NCBI GenBank assembly: GCA_037441645.1
Contig: JBBIRU010000026.1
Coordinates: forward strand, 13,435 to 77,434
Reading direction: 5' to 3'
Origin: Bacteroidota bacterium
Lineage (GTDB): Bacteria > Bacteroidota > Bacteroidia > Bacteroidales > GWA2-32-17
Length of the DNA stretch: 64,000 nucleotides
This document shows positions 12,001 through 21,384 of the stretch, piece by piece (position 1 is the first letter of the stretch; each line of letters begins with the position of its first letter). The position numbers were made by a program, and so were the translations under genes. The notes under the pieces are model-generated. The model was not told the DNA's origin. It worked only from the letters and a program-made list of their open reading frames with translations, and searched no databases.

Positions 12001-12380
12001 TTGACAGAAATAACAAATTACTTGAGTATGCCGGTGCTTTTAACCCTTTGTATATAGCACGTGATAATAAAATTATTGAAGTAAAAGGGAATCGGTTTGC
12101 CGTTGGGAAAGTCGAAGGGAATGAGGATAATAAATTTGATAACCATGTAGTACCGTATCGCGAAAATGATATGGTTTATATTTTCTCCGATGGATATGCC
12201 GATCAGTTTGGAGGACCCCTGGGAAAGAAATTTAAATTCCGCAGATTCCGTCATTTGCTGTTAACCATTAATAGCCTGCCTCTTATTAAACAGAAAGCAT
12301 TCCTGGAAGAAAATTTCGATAGCTGGAAAGGACAATTAGAACAGGTGGATGACATCCTTGTTATTGGTATTCGTTTATAA
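9033..12380 (+). CDS. Membrane sensor phosphatase: signal peptide, beta-propeller (Reg_prop) repeats, Y_Y_Y domain, TM, SpoIIE/PP2C domain
   Basis: Repeated WIGT..GLN, then PPIWKTPWAY and a TM, then SGDFY, DCTGHGVPGA, DGMD, SDGYADQFGG, DDIL. Confidence 0.92.
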   Translation: MKQHCLRHIFFLSILFLISELNVAQINEAIFEHFTVNEGLSQSTVNCIKQDKRGFLWIGTQDGLNKYDGYHFKYYQHNPLDTNSISSNWIYSIDDDDSGIIWIGTQKGLNKLNRATEKITRFLHNPKDPGSICDNEVFGVLVDKAGDVWVKTSTALSRLDTLTGKFTRFEHDVDYFDIRGNNIGFPMLEDEDGIWVGSSNGLYFFNKKLEQFKTYQHDPEDVNSLSNDFVTGLIIDKNGYLWISTKYGLNRFNKKNKKFDHFFHDFTETGGISENSINSIYYGHDGYIWISTDGGGLNKFNTATGKVEVFRNQDNNNVSLSYDLITCVIEDNSYNLWIGTDGTGLDKLDLKPKKFDLYRNSHGSNSLKLSENVIGSLYLPDDETIWIGTWDKGLDILNRSSGFVKNYSTNSPEGEKIVGDNVHVIMKDSRGLIWLGTKNGISVYDKKTGRFSDLKKYFNFQQYPNLTDNRIYAMLEDYKGNVWVGTLNGLHLFNMSNLTVTPYRSSTLDTLSLFDNHIVSLICDEDGYIWIGTKAGLNRFDYKSNKFFRIGASRNNSISKTNNKYYQISNSYIYELLEDTIDGSIWIGTGSGLNKYDKNTGTFQYFTEKDGLPNETVYEIKQDKRGNLWMSTNRGLAMLDRKTLKIRAFDRADGLQGLEFNNGASFKTDGGEIFFGGTNGFNSFYPEIMHDNPFIPDVVFTTFEMISSGKKEVINLENKKEIVLEYSDHSLTFNFAALEFTKSEKNNYMYLMEGLNNTWVYLGNRNFQDFGTLAPGEYTLKVKGSNNDLIWNNNEISIKIIVLPPIWKTPWAYGLYIFIVLSIIYLYVRNRTSKLQQANDALRTKQLAALEIAKQREELAVKNKNITDSINYAKRIQEAMLPSEYLFRKLLPDSFIFYNPKDIVSGDFYWVTEKESKIFIAAVDCTGHGVPGAFMSIIGFDLLRNITKEQGVENPSQILNLLNLGISETFSKHANETAVKDGMDVSLLIIDRNNKLLEYAGAFNPLYIARDNKIIEVKGNRFAVGKVEGNEDNKFDNHVVPYRENDMVYIFSDGYADQFGGPLGKKFKFRRFRHLLLTINSLPLIKQKAFLEENFDSWKGQLEQVDDILVIGIRL

Positions 12381-12388
12381 TATGTACA

Positions 12389-13066
12389 ATGAAACCTTCC
12401 GAAAGATTAATAAGAATTACCAGCCTTATTTACTTAATATTTTTTGTAGCTTCTTCCTTTTGCCAGACCGATACAACTAATAAAGTCAGGTATACAAACG
12501 AATATAAATTTAAAGAAGGATTCTTTATTTCTTTTGACCAGGTTCTTGAAAATAATCCAATGCCTTTTGAAAGAATAATTTCAGGAGATAAAAATTCGGA
12601 AAACTGGCTTGATAATATCTTAAAATCAAAAACATTTTTAGTTCTTGATGATTTTGGAGTTCAGCAAACGGTCGAAGTTAATCAGACCTGGGGTTATTGT
12701 AAAAAAGGTGCATTATATGTTAATTGGGACAAGGATTTCTACCGGATACCCTATATCGGTCGTATTTCTCATTATGTTGCGACTCAGACAGTCAGGATGG
12801 ACTATATGGCAGATCCTTATTACGGATATTATCCCGGAATGATGGGACCTTCGTATGAAACCAATAAAATTGTCCAGAACATTATCGATTTTGAAAGCGG
12901 GAAGTCATATCCGTTTACCCTTGAAACAGTCCAGACCTTTCTGATGAAAGATCCGGTTCTTTTTGATGAATTTAACCAACTGAAAAAAAATAAAAAACGA
13001 CAAATGATGTTTTTATTTATCCGAAGATATAATGAACGTAATCCTATATATTTCCCGATTCAATAA
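12389..13066 (+). CDS. Exported hypothetical protein
   Basis: 225 aa ORF with signal peptide followed by Gln. Confidence 0.75.
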   Translation: MKPSERLIRITSLIYLIFFVASSFCQTDTTNKVRYTNEYKFKEGFFISFDQVLENNPMPFERIISGDKNSENWLDNILKSKTFLVLDDFGVQQTVEVNQTWGYCKKGALYVNWDKDFYRIPYIGRISHYVATQTVRMDYMADPYYGYYPGMMGPSYETNKIVQNIIDFESGKSYPFTLETVQTFLMKDPVLFDEFNQLKKNKKRQMMFLFIRRYNERNPIYFPIQ

Positions 13067-13067
13067 T

Positions 13068-13922
13068 ATGATAAGATTTATTATTATATTAGTATTATTT
13101 GTTGTAATAACGTGTATTTCTTTTTCACAGAATTCTGTAGGTACACCTGAACAGTTAAAGGCTTTTCTCAAATCAAAGACTCTGGTTGTATATGAAGATG
13201 ATCCTTTTTCAGAATCGAATGTACAGCTTAAAAACGCCGTAGAAAAGAACTGGAAACTTACACCATACGAATTTATTAATGTTGAGACCTATGAGAAAAA
13301 GAGAAAAAGTTCAGAATTTTCATTTTTAACAATCGATAAAATTTATTATGAAGGAGATAAAACCGCAGCAAAATATAATTTTTTGTGTTTGGCCTTAGGT
13401 GGAAACTACAAATCTGAAAGCGATATGCCGCAGCTTTGTACTGTGCCATTGTCGTATGCAGAGGCCGATGAAAGTACGTATGCATATAAAATGGGAACCA
13501 TGCTTGATTTTATTCAGAATCATATCTTAATAACATCTGAAAACCCTGATTTAAAGAATTCAAATATTATTGAATATTATCATAATAATCTCTCCGGTTT
13601 AAAAGATAAAACCCTTTATCTGCCTAAAGAGGAACTGGAACCAAAGATCAATTCGGAAGAAAAAATCAGAAAAATTTATCCCTGTAAATTTAAAATTGTT
13701 TCGTATGAAGAAATTGAGAATGCGATCGATAACAAAGTTAGTGATATTGTATTTTTGCATAAAGTAGGACCCGGACAGAAATCAGATAAAGCACGTTGCT
13801 GGAAAATTATTATGGGCGCAGGCGATGCCAGGCTCTATTATTTCGATTATCATAAAATTGATGATAACCATCCTGATGCCCTTTTGGAAAGCGACCTGAA
13901 AAAAATGGTTTCTAATAAGTAG
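13068..13922 (+). CDS. Exported hypothetical protein
   Basis: ATG 13068 gives signal peptide MIRFIIILVLFVVITCISFS|Q. Confidence 0.75.
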   Translation: MIRFIIILVLFVVITCISFSQNSVGTPEQLKAFLKSKTLVVYEDDPFSESNVQLKNAVEKNWKLTPYEFINVETYEKKRKSSEFSFLTIDKIYYEGDKTAAKYNFLCLALGGNYKSESDMPQLCTVPLSYAEADESTYAYKMGTMLDFIQNHILITSENPDLKNSNIIEYYHNNLSGLKDKTLYLPKEELEPKINSEEKIRKIYPCKFKIVSYEEIENAIDNKVSDIVFLHKVGPGQKSDKARCWKIIMGAGDARLYYFDYHKIDDNHPDALLESDLKKMVSNK

Positions 13923-13946
13923 ACATTAATTCATTATTAAATTAAA

Positions 13947-14066
13947 AGTAAACAATAAACAGTAGGCGGGAATAAAGGAAGCAGATGGCAGTAAACATTA
14001 AACAGTAAACCAAAAACATAGAACTACGAACCATAAACAATAAACCACAAACAGTAAACAATAAAA
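13947..14066. repeat. Degenerate heptamer tandem array (CAGTAAA/CAATAAA-like) upstream of ettA
   Basis: cagtaaa cattaaa cagtaaa ccaaaaa catagaa ctacgaa ccataaa caataaa ccacaaa cagtaaa caataaa. Confidence 0.75.
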
Positions 14067-14074
14067 TTCATAAT

Positions 14075-15754
14075 ATGTCTGACGATAAAAAAATAATTTT
14101 TTCAATGGTTGGGGTAAATAAAATATTTCCACCCCACAAGCAGGTTTTAAAAGATATCTATCTTTCTTTTTATTATGGTGCAAAAATAGGGATCATCGGA
14201 CTAAACGGTTCCGGCAAGTCCACTTTGTTAAAAATTATTGCCGGAATTGAAAAATCATACCAGGGAGAGGTTGTTTTTTCTCCCGGCTATACGGTGGGAT
14301 ATTTAGAGCAGGATCCCAAACTGGATAAAACAAAAACGGTAAAGCAGATTGTTGAAGAAGGGGTTCAGGAAGTAGTTGATCTGCTGAAGGAGTATGAGCA
14401 GGTAAATTTAAAATTTGCCGGACCTATGAGCGATGATGAGATGAATAAACTTATCGAACGTCAGGGCGAACTGACAGAACTTATAGAACATCATAACGGA
14501 TGGGAACTAGATAGCAAACTCGAAAGAGCTATGGATGCCCTGCGTTGTCCGGATGGAGATATGTCAGTCGAACATCTCTCCGGTGGAGAGGCGCGGCGTG
14601 TAGCACTGTGCAGATTATTGCTGAAGGAACCTGATATTTTACTCCTGGACGAACCTACCAACCATTTGGATGCCGAGTCGGTTCAATGGCTCGAAATGCA
14701 TTTGCAGCAGTACAAAGGAACGGTTATTGCTGTCACTCACGACCGTTATTTTCTTGATAATGTGGCAGGCTGGATACTCGAACTGGACAGGGGAGAAGGT
14801 ATTCCATGGAAAGGTAATTATTCTTCCTGGCTGGAACAAAAGTCGAAACGACTGGCACAGGAAGAAAAAACTGTTTCCAAACGCATGAAAACACTGGAGC
14901 GTGAGCTGGAGTGGGTCAGAATGTCGCCCAAGGCCCGCCAGGCAAAACCCAAGGCCCGTCTGGCTGCGTATGAAAAATTAATGAATGAGGATGTAAAACA
15001 AAAAGAAGAACGGCTTGAAATTTATATTCCCAATGGCCCGAGGTTGGGTACTAATGTTATTGAATTTAATGGAGTAACAAAGTCATTTGGAGATAAAATA
15101 CTGTTCGAAAATCTTAGCTTTAATCTGCCCCCGGCAGGTATTGTGGGAATTATCGGGCCCAATGGCGCCGGTAAAACAACGTTGTTCCGCCTGATAATGG
15201 AAAAAGAAAAAGCCAATGCCGGGACTATACATATTGGTGATACAGTTAAAATCGGCTACGTCGATCAGGCTCACGAAGTTATCGATCCTGAAAAAACAGT
15301 TTACCAGGTTATTTCCAACGATAGTGAACTGATTTCGTTGGGGGGTAAACAAACCAATGCACGGGCATATGTTTCCCGTTTTAATTTTGGTGGAGCCGAC
15401 CAGGAGAAAAAATGCGGAATTTTGTCAGGGGGCGAGAGAAACCGTCTGCATCTTGCACTTACATTAAAATCCGAAGCTAATGTGCTGCTTCTTGATGAGC
15501 CATCCAATGATATCGATGTAAACACCCTCAGGGCACTGGAAGAAGGTCTTGAAGGTTTTGCCGGTTGTGCCGTTGTTATTTCGCACGACCGATGGTTTCT
15601 CGATCGTATAGCTACTCATATCCTGGCTTTCGAAGGCGATTCGCAGGTTTACTTTTTCGAAGGAACCTATTCGGAATACATGGAGAATCGTAAAAAACGA
15701 TTGGGCGATGAAGGGCCAAAACGTATAAAATACAGGAAACTGGTAGCTGATTAA
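14075..15754 (+). CDS. ettA: ABC-F energy-dependent translational throttle EttA
   Basis: Two NBDs (GLNGSGKS, GPNGAGKT), GAKIG, ELEWVR linker, no TM. Confidence 0.95.
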   Translation: MSDDKKIIFSMVGVNKIFPPHKQVLKDIYLSFYYGAKIGIIGLNGSGKSTLLKIIAGIEKSYQGEVVFSPGYTVGYLEQDPKLDKTKTVKQIVEEGVQEVVDLLKEYEQVNLKFAGPMSDDEMNKLIERQGELTELIEHHNGWELDSKLERAMDALRCPDGDMSVEHLSGGEARRVALCRLLLKEPDILLLDEPTNHLDAESVQWLEMHLQQYKGTVIAVTHDRYFLDNVAGWILELDRGEGIPWKGNYSSWLEQKSKRLAQEEKTVSKRMKTLERELEWVRMSPKARQAKPKARLAAYEKLMNEDVKQKEERLEIYIPNGPRLGTNVIEFNGVTKSFGDKILFENLSFNLPPAGIVGIIGPNGAGKTTLFRLIMEKEKANAGTIHIGDTVKIGYVDQAHEVIDPEKTVYQVISNDSELISLGGKQTNARAYVSRFNFGGADQEKKCGILSGGERNRLHLALTLKSEANVLLLDEPSNDIDVNTLRALEEGLEGFAGCAVVISHDRWFLDRIATHILAFEGDSQVYFFEGTYSEYMENRKKRLGDEGPKRIKYRKLVAD

Positions 15755-15879
15755 AACCTTTAAGATATTCCGGGATCTGTAAGTAACTAAAATGTTTATT
15801 AAAAAAGTATCAAAAAATCTTAAAATGGTACAATAGAACCAAACTATCATTTAAATTTGTAGATATTGAAGATTAATTT

Positions 15880-16443
15880 ATGAAAACAAGATTTCTTACA
15901 CTGTTGACCTTATGCATGATGTTCATGTCGCTGTCTCTTTTTGCCGATGAACAGGTTGATAAATATGTGACAGCTGCCGCCAAAGGCGAATACTCAAAAG
16001 TAGTTTCTTATGTGAAAAAAGGAATAAGTATCGATGCGAAAAACCAGGCTCGTTGGACAGCCCTGGGCTATGCCTGTAAGTATAATTATCCCGATATTGT
16101 TAAATTTCTTATTGAAAACGGAGCTGCCATAAATGAACCTGTTAATACCGGGTCAACCCCTCTTGCTGTAGCACTTCTTGCTGGCAATTTTGATATTGCT
16201 GATTACCTGATTCAGAAAAAAGCAGATATTAACAAATCCGATTTGATGGGAATGTCGCCACTGATGTGGGCAGCCAAGGATGGAAACATAAAAGTTGTGA
16301 AATACCTGGTTGAACATGGAGCCAATGTGAACCAGCAAAATAGTAATAGCCGTACTGTAATTGAAGTTACTTTTTCCCAGGAAGTAAAAGATTATCTTAA
16401 AGGTAAAGGCGCAAAAACCAGCCAGGAGCTGATGAACAGTTAA
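15880..16443 (+). CDS. Exported ankyrin-repeat protein
   Basis: TALGYAC, TPLAVAL, SPLMWAA...GANVN repeats after a signal peptide. Confidence 0.9.
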   Translation: MKTRFLTLLTLCMMFMSLSLFADEQVDKYVTAAAKGEYSKVVSYVKKGISIDAKNQARWTALGYACKYNYPDIVKFLIENGAAINEPVNTGSTPLAVALLAGNFDIADYLIQKKADINKSDLMGMSPLMWAAKDGNIKVVKYLVEHGANVNQQNSNSRTVIEVTFSQEVKDYLKGKGAKTSQELMNS

Positions 16444-16445
16444 TT

Positions 16446-17825
16446 ATGGCAGTATCTGTTACCATTCCCAAAGGAACACGCGATTTTTTACCTTCAGTAA
16501 TGCAGAAACGGAATTATATTTTTTCCGTTCTGCGCGATGTGTTTAGTCTGCATGGTTATCAGCCCATTGAAACTCCGGCGATGGAAGATATTTCTACATT
16601 GTTAGGAAAATATGGCGAAGAAGGAGATAAATTGTTGTTCAGAATTCTTAACTCAGGAGATTTTTTAAACAGGGTTGATTACGAAGATATAAAATGCAAA
16701 AATCTGAATCGCCTGTCGAAAACAATGTGCGAAAAGGGGTTAAGGTACGATTTAACAGTTCCGTTTGCCCGTTTCGTTGTGATGCACAGGAATGAAATAT
16801 CCTTTCCATTTAAAAGATACCAGGTTCAGCCCGTATGGCGCGCCGACCGCCCGCAAAAAGGCCGTTACCGCGAGTTTTTTCAGTGCGATGTGGATGTCGT
16901 TGGGAGTGATTCTTTATTAAACGAAATAGAACTTTTACAAATAATTGAAAACGTTTTCCAGAGACTTGGATTAAATGTTACCATTCTTTTGAATAACCGG
17001 AAGATATTACAGGGAATGGCAGAGTATATTGATTTGCCTGATCGTTTAACAGATGTTACGGTCGCTATTGATAAACTCGATAAGATTGGCCTGAATGGAG
17101 TTATTAAAGAACTTGCCGAAAAAGAATTTCCTGAAAATTCATTAAAAAAATTAATTCCCGTTCTTGAGTTTTCCGTATCTCAAAAAACAAATGATGAAGT
17201 ATTGCAATTTGCAAAGTCTGTTATTGCCGGTGAGGCAGGAATAAAGGGTCTTGAAGAAATGGATTTTGTTCTTGATTATGCAAAAACAGCGGGTATAACT
17301 ACAAAAATTAAATTTGATTTATCCCTGGCCCGTGGGTTAAGCTATTATACAGGTACTATTCTTGAAGTGAAGGCAGATGAAACTGACATGGGGAGTATTT
17401 GCGGGGGAGGACGTTACGATAATCTTACCGGAATATTTGGAATGCCTGAAGTGCCGGGAGTCGGGATGTCGTTTGGAGCCGACAGGATTTTTGATGTAAT
17501 GGAGAGTCTCGGTAAATTTCCGGTAGATATTAATATAGCAGCAAAAGTTCTTCTGGTTAACTTCGGAAAAAAAGAAGAAAAATACTGCCTGAAACTGTTA
17601 AACGAGCTTCATAAAGCAGGTATCTCTGCCGAACTATACCCTGATACCGGGACTAAAATGAAAAAACAAATGAGCTATGCCGATGCGAAAAAAATACCTT
17701 ATGTAATCATTGTTGGCGAAAATGAGATAAGCACAGGAAAACTTGGCCTTAAGAACATGTTAACAGGCGAACAAAATCAACTTTTAATATCTGAAATAAT
17801 CGATTCACTCACACAAAACAAATAA
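16446..17825 (+). CDS. hisS: Histidine--tRNA ligase
   Basis: [40 protein letters not shown]. Confidence 0.97.
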   Translation: MAVSVTIPKGTRDFLPSVMQKRNYIFSVLRDVFSLHGYQPIETPAMEDISTLLGKYGEEGDKLLFRILNSGDFLNRVDYEDIKCKNLNRLSKTMCEKGLRYDLTVPFARFVVMHRNEISFPFKRYQVQPVWRADRPQKGRYREFFQCDVDVVGSDSLLNEIELLQIIENVFQRLGLNVTILLNNRKILQGMAEYIDLPDRLTDVTVAIDKLDKIGLNGVIKELAEKEFPENSLKKLIPVLEFSVSQKTNDEVLQFAKSVIAGEAGIKGLEEMDFVLDYAKTAGITTKIKFDLSLARGLSYYTGTILEVKADETDMGSICGGGRYDNLTGIFGMPEVPGVGMSFGADRIFDVMESLGKFPVDINIAAKVLLVNFGKKEEKYCLKLLNELHKAGISAELYPDTGTKMKKQMSYADAKKIPYVIIVGENEISTGKLGLKNMLTGEQNQLLISEIIDSLTQNK

Positions 17826-17859
17826 ATTAATGACCATTATCAACAACCGTATCTCCATA

Positions 17860-18050
17860 CATGACAATTGTATAACCACGTATGACAATTGTATAACCAT
17901 GTATGACCATTGTATAACCATGTATAACCATTGTATTGCCACGTATGACAACTGTATAACCATTGTATTGCTATGTATGACAACTGTATAACCACGTATA
18001 ATCATTGTATTGCTATGTATGACTATAGTGTAACAACCGTATAACCACTG
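17860..18050. repeat. Tandem array with 21-bp period made of alternating 11- and 10-bp units (ATGACAATTGT/ATAACCAYGT)
   Basis: ATGACAATTGTATAACCACGT ATGACAATTGTATAACCATGT ATGACCATTGTATAACCATGT ATAACCATTGTATTGCCACGT, then degenerating copies. Confidence 0.9.
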
Positions 18051-18067
18051 ACTAATAACAAAAATAA

Positions 18068-19066
18068 ATGAAAAAAATTCTGATCTTAATATTTGCTTCT
18101 GTCTTTACCCTGAACCTTTTTGCCCAGCAGGAAGAACTAAAATGGTATTCACTTAAAGAAGCCATCGAACTGGCAAAAAAAACTCCCAAAAAGATTTTCA
18201 TCGACATGTATACCGACTGGTGTGGATGGTGTAAAAAGATGGATCGTGAAACATTTAACAATCCTGCCATAGCCCAATACTTAAAAGAAAATTATTATCT
18301 CGTTAAGTTTAATGCCGAAACGTTCGATACGTTGGAATATAAAGGGAAAAAATACGTGAATAAGGGCACTGGCCAACGTTCCCCACATGAATTAGCTGTT
18401 GAATTTTTAGGTGGAAAAATGTCTTACCCTACAATCGTTTATATGGATGAAAACGAAAACCTCCTGAGTGCTGTTCCGGGATATATGACCCCTTCCGATA
18501 TCGAACCTATACTCATCTTTTTTGCCCGTGATATTTTCAAAAACACATCATTTAATGATTTTAAGGATAGTTTTAACAAGTCTTTTAAAGATTCTGTGCC
18601 ATTTGTTGATAGAATCAAATGGGTAACCATTGATAAGGCAGAAGAACTGAATAAAAAGGAGCCCAGGAAGATTGTAATGTTTCTTTACCACAACTGGTGT
18701 GTTGAGTGCAAAATGATGATAAATGCATCTTTTAACCAGGAAAAAGTGGCAGAATATATAAACAAAAATTACTACCCGGTATTATTTGATATTACATCCA
18801 AGGATACAATTACATTTAACGGAACCACTTATACAAACGAAGGAAAAGAACATCCGTTTCACCAGTTTGCCGTTACATTGTTAAATGGTAAAATGAACGT
18901 GCCCCAGATGGTTTTCATAAATGAACTTAACCAGCTGATCTCCGTAGTGCCGGGTTATTTTATAGCTAAAAATGTGGAGCCGGTATTTCATTTTTTTAAA
19001 GAAGATGCTTATCAGACGAAGAAGTGGGAGGAATACATAAAAACATTTTCAGGCGAGGTAAAGTGA
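18068..19066 (+). CDS. Exported protein with two thioredoxin-fold domains (DUF255/thioredoxin-like)
   Basis: WCGWC and WCVEC motifs in two homologous halves; signal peptide. Confidence 0.88.
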   Translation: MKKILILIFASVFTLNLFAQQEELKWYSLKEAIELAKKTPKKIFIDMYTDWCGWCKKMDRETFNNPAIAQYLKENYYLVKFNAETFDTLEYKGKKYVNKGTGQRSPHELAVEFLGGKMSYPTIVYMDENENLLSAVPGYMTPSDIEPILIFFARDIFKNTSFNDFKDSFNKSFKDSVPFVDRIKWVTIDKAEELNKKEPRKIVMFLYHNWCVECKMMINASFNQEKVAEYINKNYYPVLFDITSKDTITFNGTTYTNEGKEHPFHQFAVTLLNGKMNVPQMVFINELNQLISVVPGYFIAKNVEPVFHFFKEDAYQTKKWEEYIKTFSGEVK

Positions 19067-19137
19067 TTTTAATTGTTGCTGTTTGTAAAAATAAAATATA
19101 TTGTTATTGAGAATTCTGATTAATCCCATGTAAGCCG

Positions 19138-19917
19138 ATGAAAAATATTCTTTCATTACTCATACTCGCGTTTTTTTCTGTATCCGTTTTTCCTCAAACG
19201 GCAGTAAACTTCTCCTGTAACGATTGTTCAGGTAATCTGCACGACCTGTATTCTGAGCTTGACCAGGAAAATGTTATTGTTATTTGCTGGGTAATGCCCT
19301 GTTCGGGCTGTATTGATCCGTCGTACACCACTTATACCGAAGTACAGGGCTTTGAAGCTACCTATCCGGGCCGGGTTCATATGTACATTTGCGATGATGA
19401 AGGAACTTTAAGCTGCCCGATTCTTGTAGATTGGTGTCTGAATAATAATATGTTAAAAACGACCCGTTTTTCCGACTCATTAATAAGAATGACAGATTAC
19501 GGACCTTCCGGAATGCCTAAAATTGTTGTTCTGGGTGGAGGAACAAGTCACCATGTTTATTATGTTGCGAACGACAGTGTGGATAATGTTGCATTGCATG
19601 ATTCTATTGTTTCTGCCCTCACTGGCAACCAGAATATAAGTGAAAATATTATTCATAAAATTAGGGGTAAATTATTGCCGAATCCTTCATCCGTATCTTC
19701 AACTCTTTTGCTCAATATCGATACTCCTGGCGATTACCTGATTGATTTGTCAGATGGTACAGGTCGTCATATCTCAACAATATTTAAAGGCTATATGGAA
19801 GCGGGTGAGCAATCTGTTGAAATAAATGCTTCCCGTTTGGCTGAAACAAAATATTTTATCACAGCAACAGGTAAAAACGGAATTCAGGGAGTATTTGAAC
19901 TGCACGTATCGCGGTAG
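19138..19917 (+). CDS. Probable T9SS-secreted protein with redoxin-like CxxC domain
   Basis: Signal peptide, WVMPCSGC, C-terminal LLPNPS...YFI CTD-like region. Confidence 0.7.
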   Translation: MKNILSLLILAFFSVSVFPQTAVNFSCNDCSGNLHDLYSELDQENVIVICWVMPCSGCIDPSYTTYTEVQGFEATYPGRVHMYICDDEGTLSCPILVDWCLNNNMLKTTRFSDSLIRMTDYGPSGMPKIVVLGGGTSHHVYYVANDSVDNVALHDSIVSALTGNQNISENIIHKIRGKLLPNPSSVSSTLLLNIDTPGDYLIDLSDGTGRHISTIFKGYMEAGEQSVEINASRLAETKYFITATGKNGIQGVFELHVSR

Positions 19918-19941
19918 AACCCGGATAAACCGGACAGACCT

Positions 19942-20487
19942 TTAATTAAACCGGTAATATAAAGCCATTTCTCCGGTAAAAAATAACTTTTCAAATGAAT
20001 TATACTGGGCATAACCGCCCATTAAATTTAAAGTTACTCTTTTTGAGGTATTGAATTCAAAACCAAAGCCAATACCTGTATTTAAAAAATCCTTTTTTAT
20101 AGTTTTTGTATTGTCGTATATATATTGCTGGGTTACAGGATCCCATCTGGATTCATTGCTTTTATTGCTCTGGTAAAAATAATGATTACCAAGATACGCA
20201 TATACGGCAGTTATTCTGTTTTCGGCAAGATTACACAATATTGTTGCACCGGCGCTTACAAATGCTTCGTTACCATAGTCCTGATAGTATGGAGCAACAT
20301 TTAACTGAAAACCAAATTTTTTGGGAAAATACCTGTAAGATATTCCAAGTCCGGTAGTAAACCCTACGCCTATTCCGAGGGAATGCTTGTATATTTTTTG
20401 ATATTCGTTTTCCGTACTCTTTTGTCCGAATGCAAAAGATAAACTAAAAACAATTAAAAATACTAATGCAATAGTTATAGTTTTCAT
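19942..20487 (-). CDS. Small outer-membrane beta-barrel-like protein
   Basis: Signal peptide from ATG 20487, amphipathic strands, terminal LYYRFN. Confidence 0.7.
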   Translation of the reverse strand: MKTITIALVFLIVFSLSFAFGQKSTENEYQKIYKHSLGIGVGFTTGLGISYRYFPKKFGFQLNVAPYYQDYGNEAFVSAGATILCNLAENRITAVYAYLGNHYFYQSNKSNESRWDPVTQQYIYDNTKTIKKDFLNTGIGFGFEFNTSKRVTLNLMGGYAQYNSFEKLFFTGEMALYYRFN

Positions 20488-20634
20488 AGTAAATGATATT
20501 TTTGACCAAATTACATTAAAACAAATAAAAATCAAAGAAATTTTCCCAATAATTTATTGTAATCACTAAAGCATGACATAATTCCAAAACTTTTTATATT
20601 TGAATTAAATTTATAACCCCTAAAACTTACTATT

Positions 20635-21105
20635 ATGATGAGAGTATTTTACCTGGTAGCCATTGTGCTTACCATAGTTTTTATGGCAGTTGATGTCTAT
20701 TATGCAGAAGAAGTCAGTTCGGCACGTATGGATAGCCTTATGCAGTCGTATTCCGATTATAATAATCAGGATTCATATGGCGGATATTCAGGATATGATT
20801 ATTATGAATCCGGGAAAGATGATGAACTGACTACAGAAGCCGGTATTGTAACCATGATCTTTTTCTTTTTTTACATGGCATTGTATGTCCTTTCACTAAT
20901 GAAAATTAAAACAACTACCATGAAGGTGTTTTCCATTATAGGAATGTCGCTTACCGGGATTGTCCTTGCCTGGGATGCATTGGTAATTTCATCACCCGGA
21001 AGCCTTTCTTTTGATGAGGTAGGAGTTGCCTGGATTGGTTTTGGCCTGGTAATGCTGGCTTTTTCTATTGTGGGAACAGTTCATGCATTTAAGAAAAAAG
21101 CGTAG
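20635..21105 (+). CDS. Four-TM membrane protein of unknown function
   Basis: Four hydrophobic segments with a Tyr/Ser/Asp-rich loop. Confidence 0.75.
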   Translation: MMRVFYLVAIVLTIVFMAVDVYYAEEVSSARMDSLMQSYSDYNNQDSYGGYSGYDYYESGKDDELTTEAGIVTMIFFFFYMALYVLSLMKIKTTTMKVFSIIGMSLTGIVLAWDALVISSPGSLSFDEVGVAWIGFGLVMLAFSIVGTVHAFKKKA

Positions 21106-21136
21106 TTGTTTTTATTGCGTTAATTAATAAGAACTT

Positions 21137-21168
21137 AAAAGGCAATTCAGTTGAAAATTGTCTTTTTT
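21137..21168 (+). terminator. Probable intrinsic terminator
   Basis: aaaaggcaatt-N8-aattgtctttttt. Confidence 0.65.
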
Positions 21169-21384
21169 GCCAATCAAAGGTTGAAAATAATGTAGAAATT
21201 ACTACACTCTGATAACCCGGATATACAAACAAAAAGCCTAAACAGAAACGTTTTGAAGGTATTTCAGACAGACCGGTTCCAAGGGATTCGTTTTCTGTAA
21301 TAATACGTATTTTATTAGGGCATATTTACTGTAGGTTTAAGCATTGGGCCTGAAGTATCTTTGATTTATATCAAAGAATGATTT

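Noticed and set aside
13998-14183. Hydrophobic minus-strand mini-protein
   Set aside because: By-product of the heptamer tract, and it overlaps the ettA start antisense
16446-17825. Functional link between hisS and tRNA-His in the same window
   Set aside because: About 46 kb apart with unrelated genes between; likely coincidence
17830-18050. CRISPR array
   Set aside because: Units are contiguous 10/11-mers with no unique spacers, and there are no cas genes in the window
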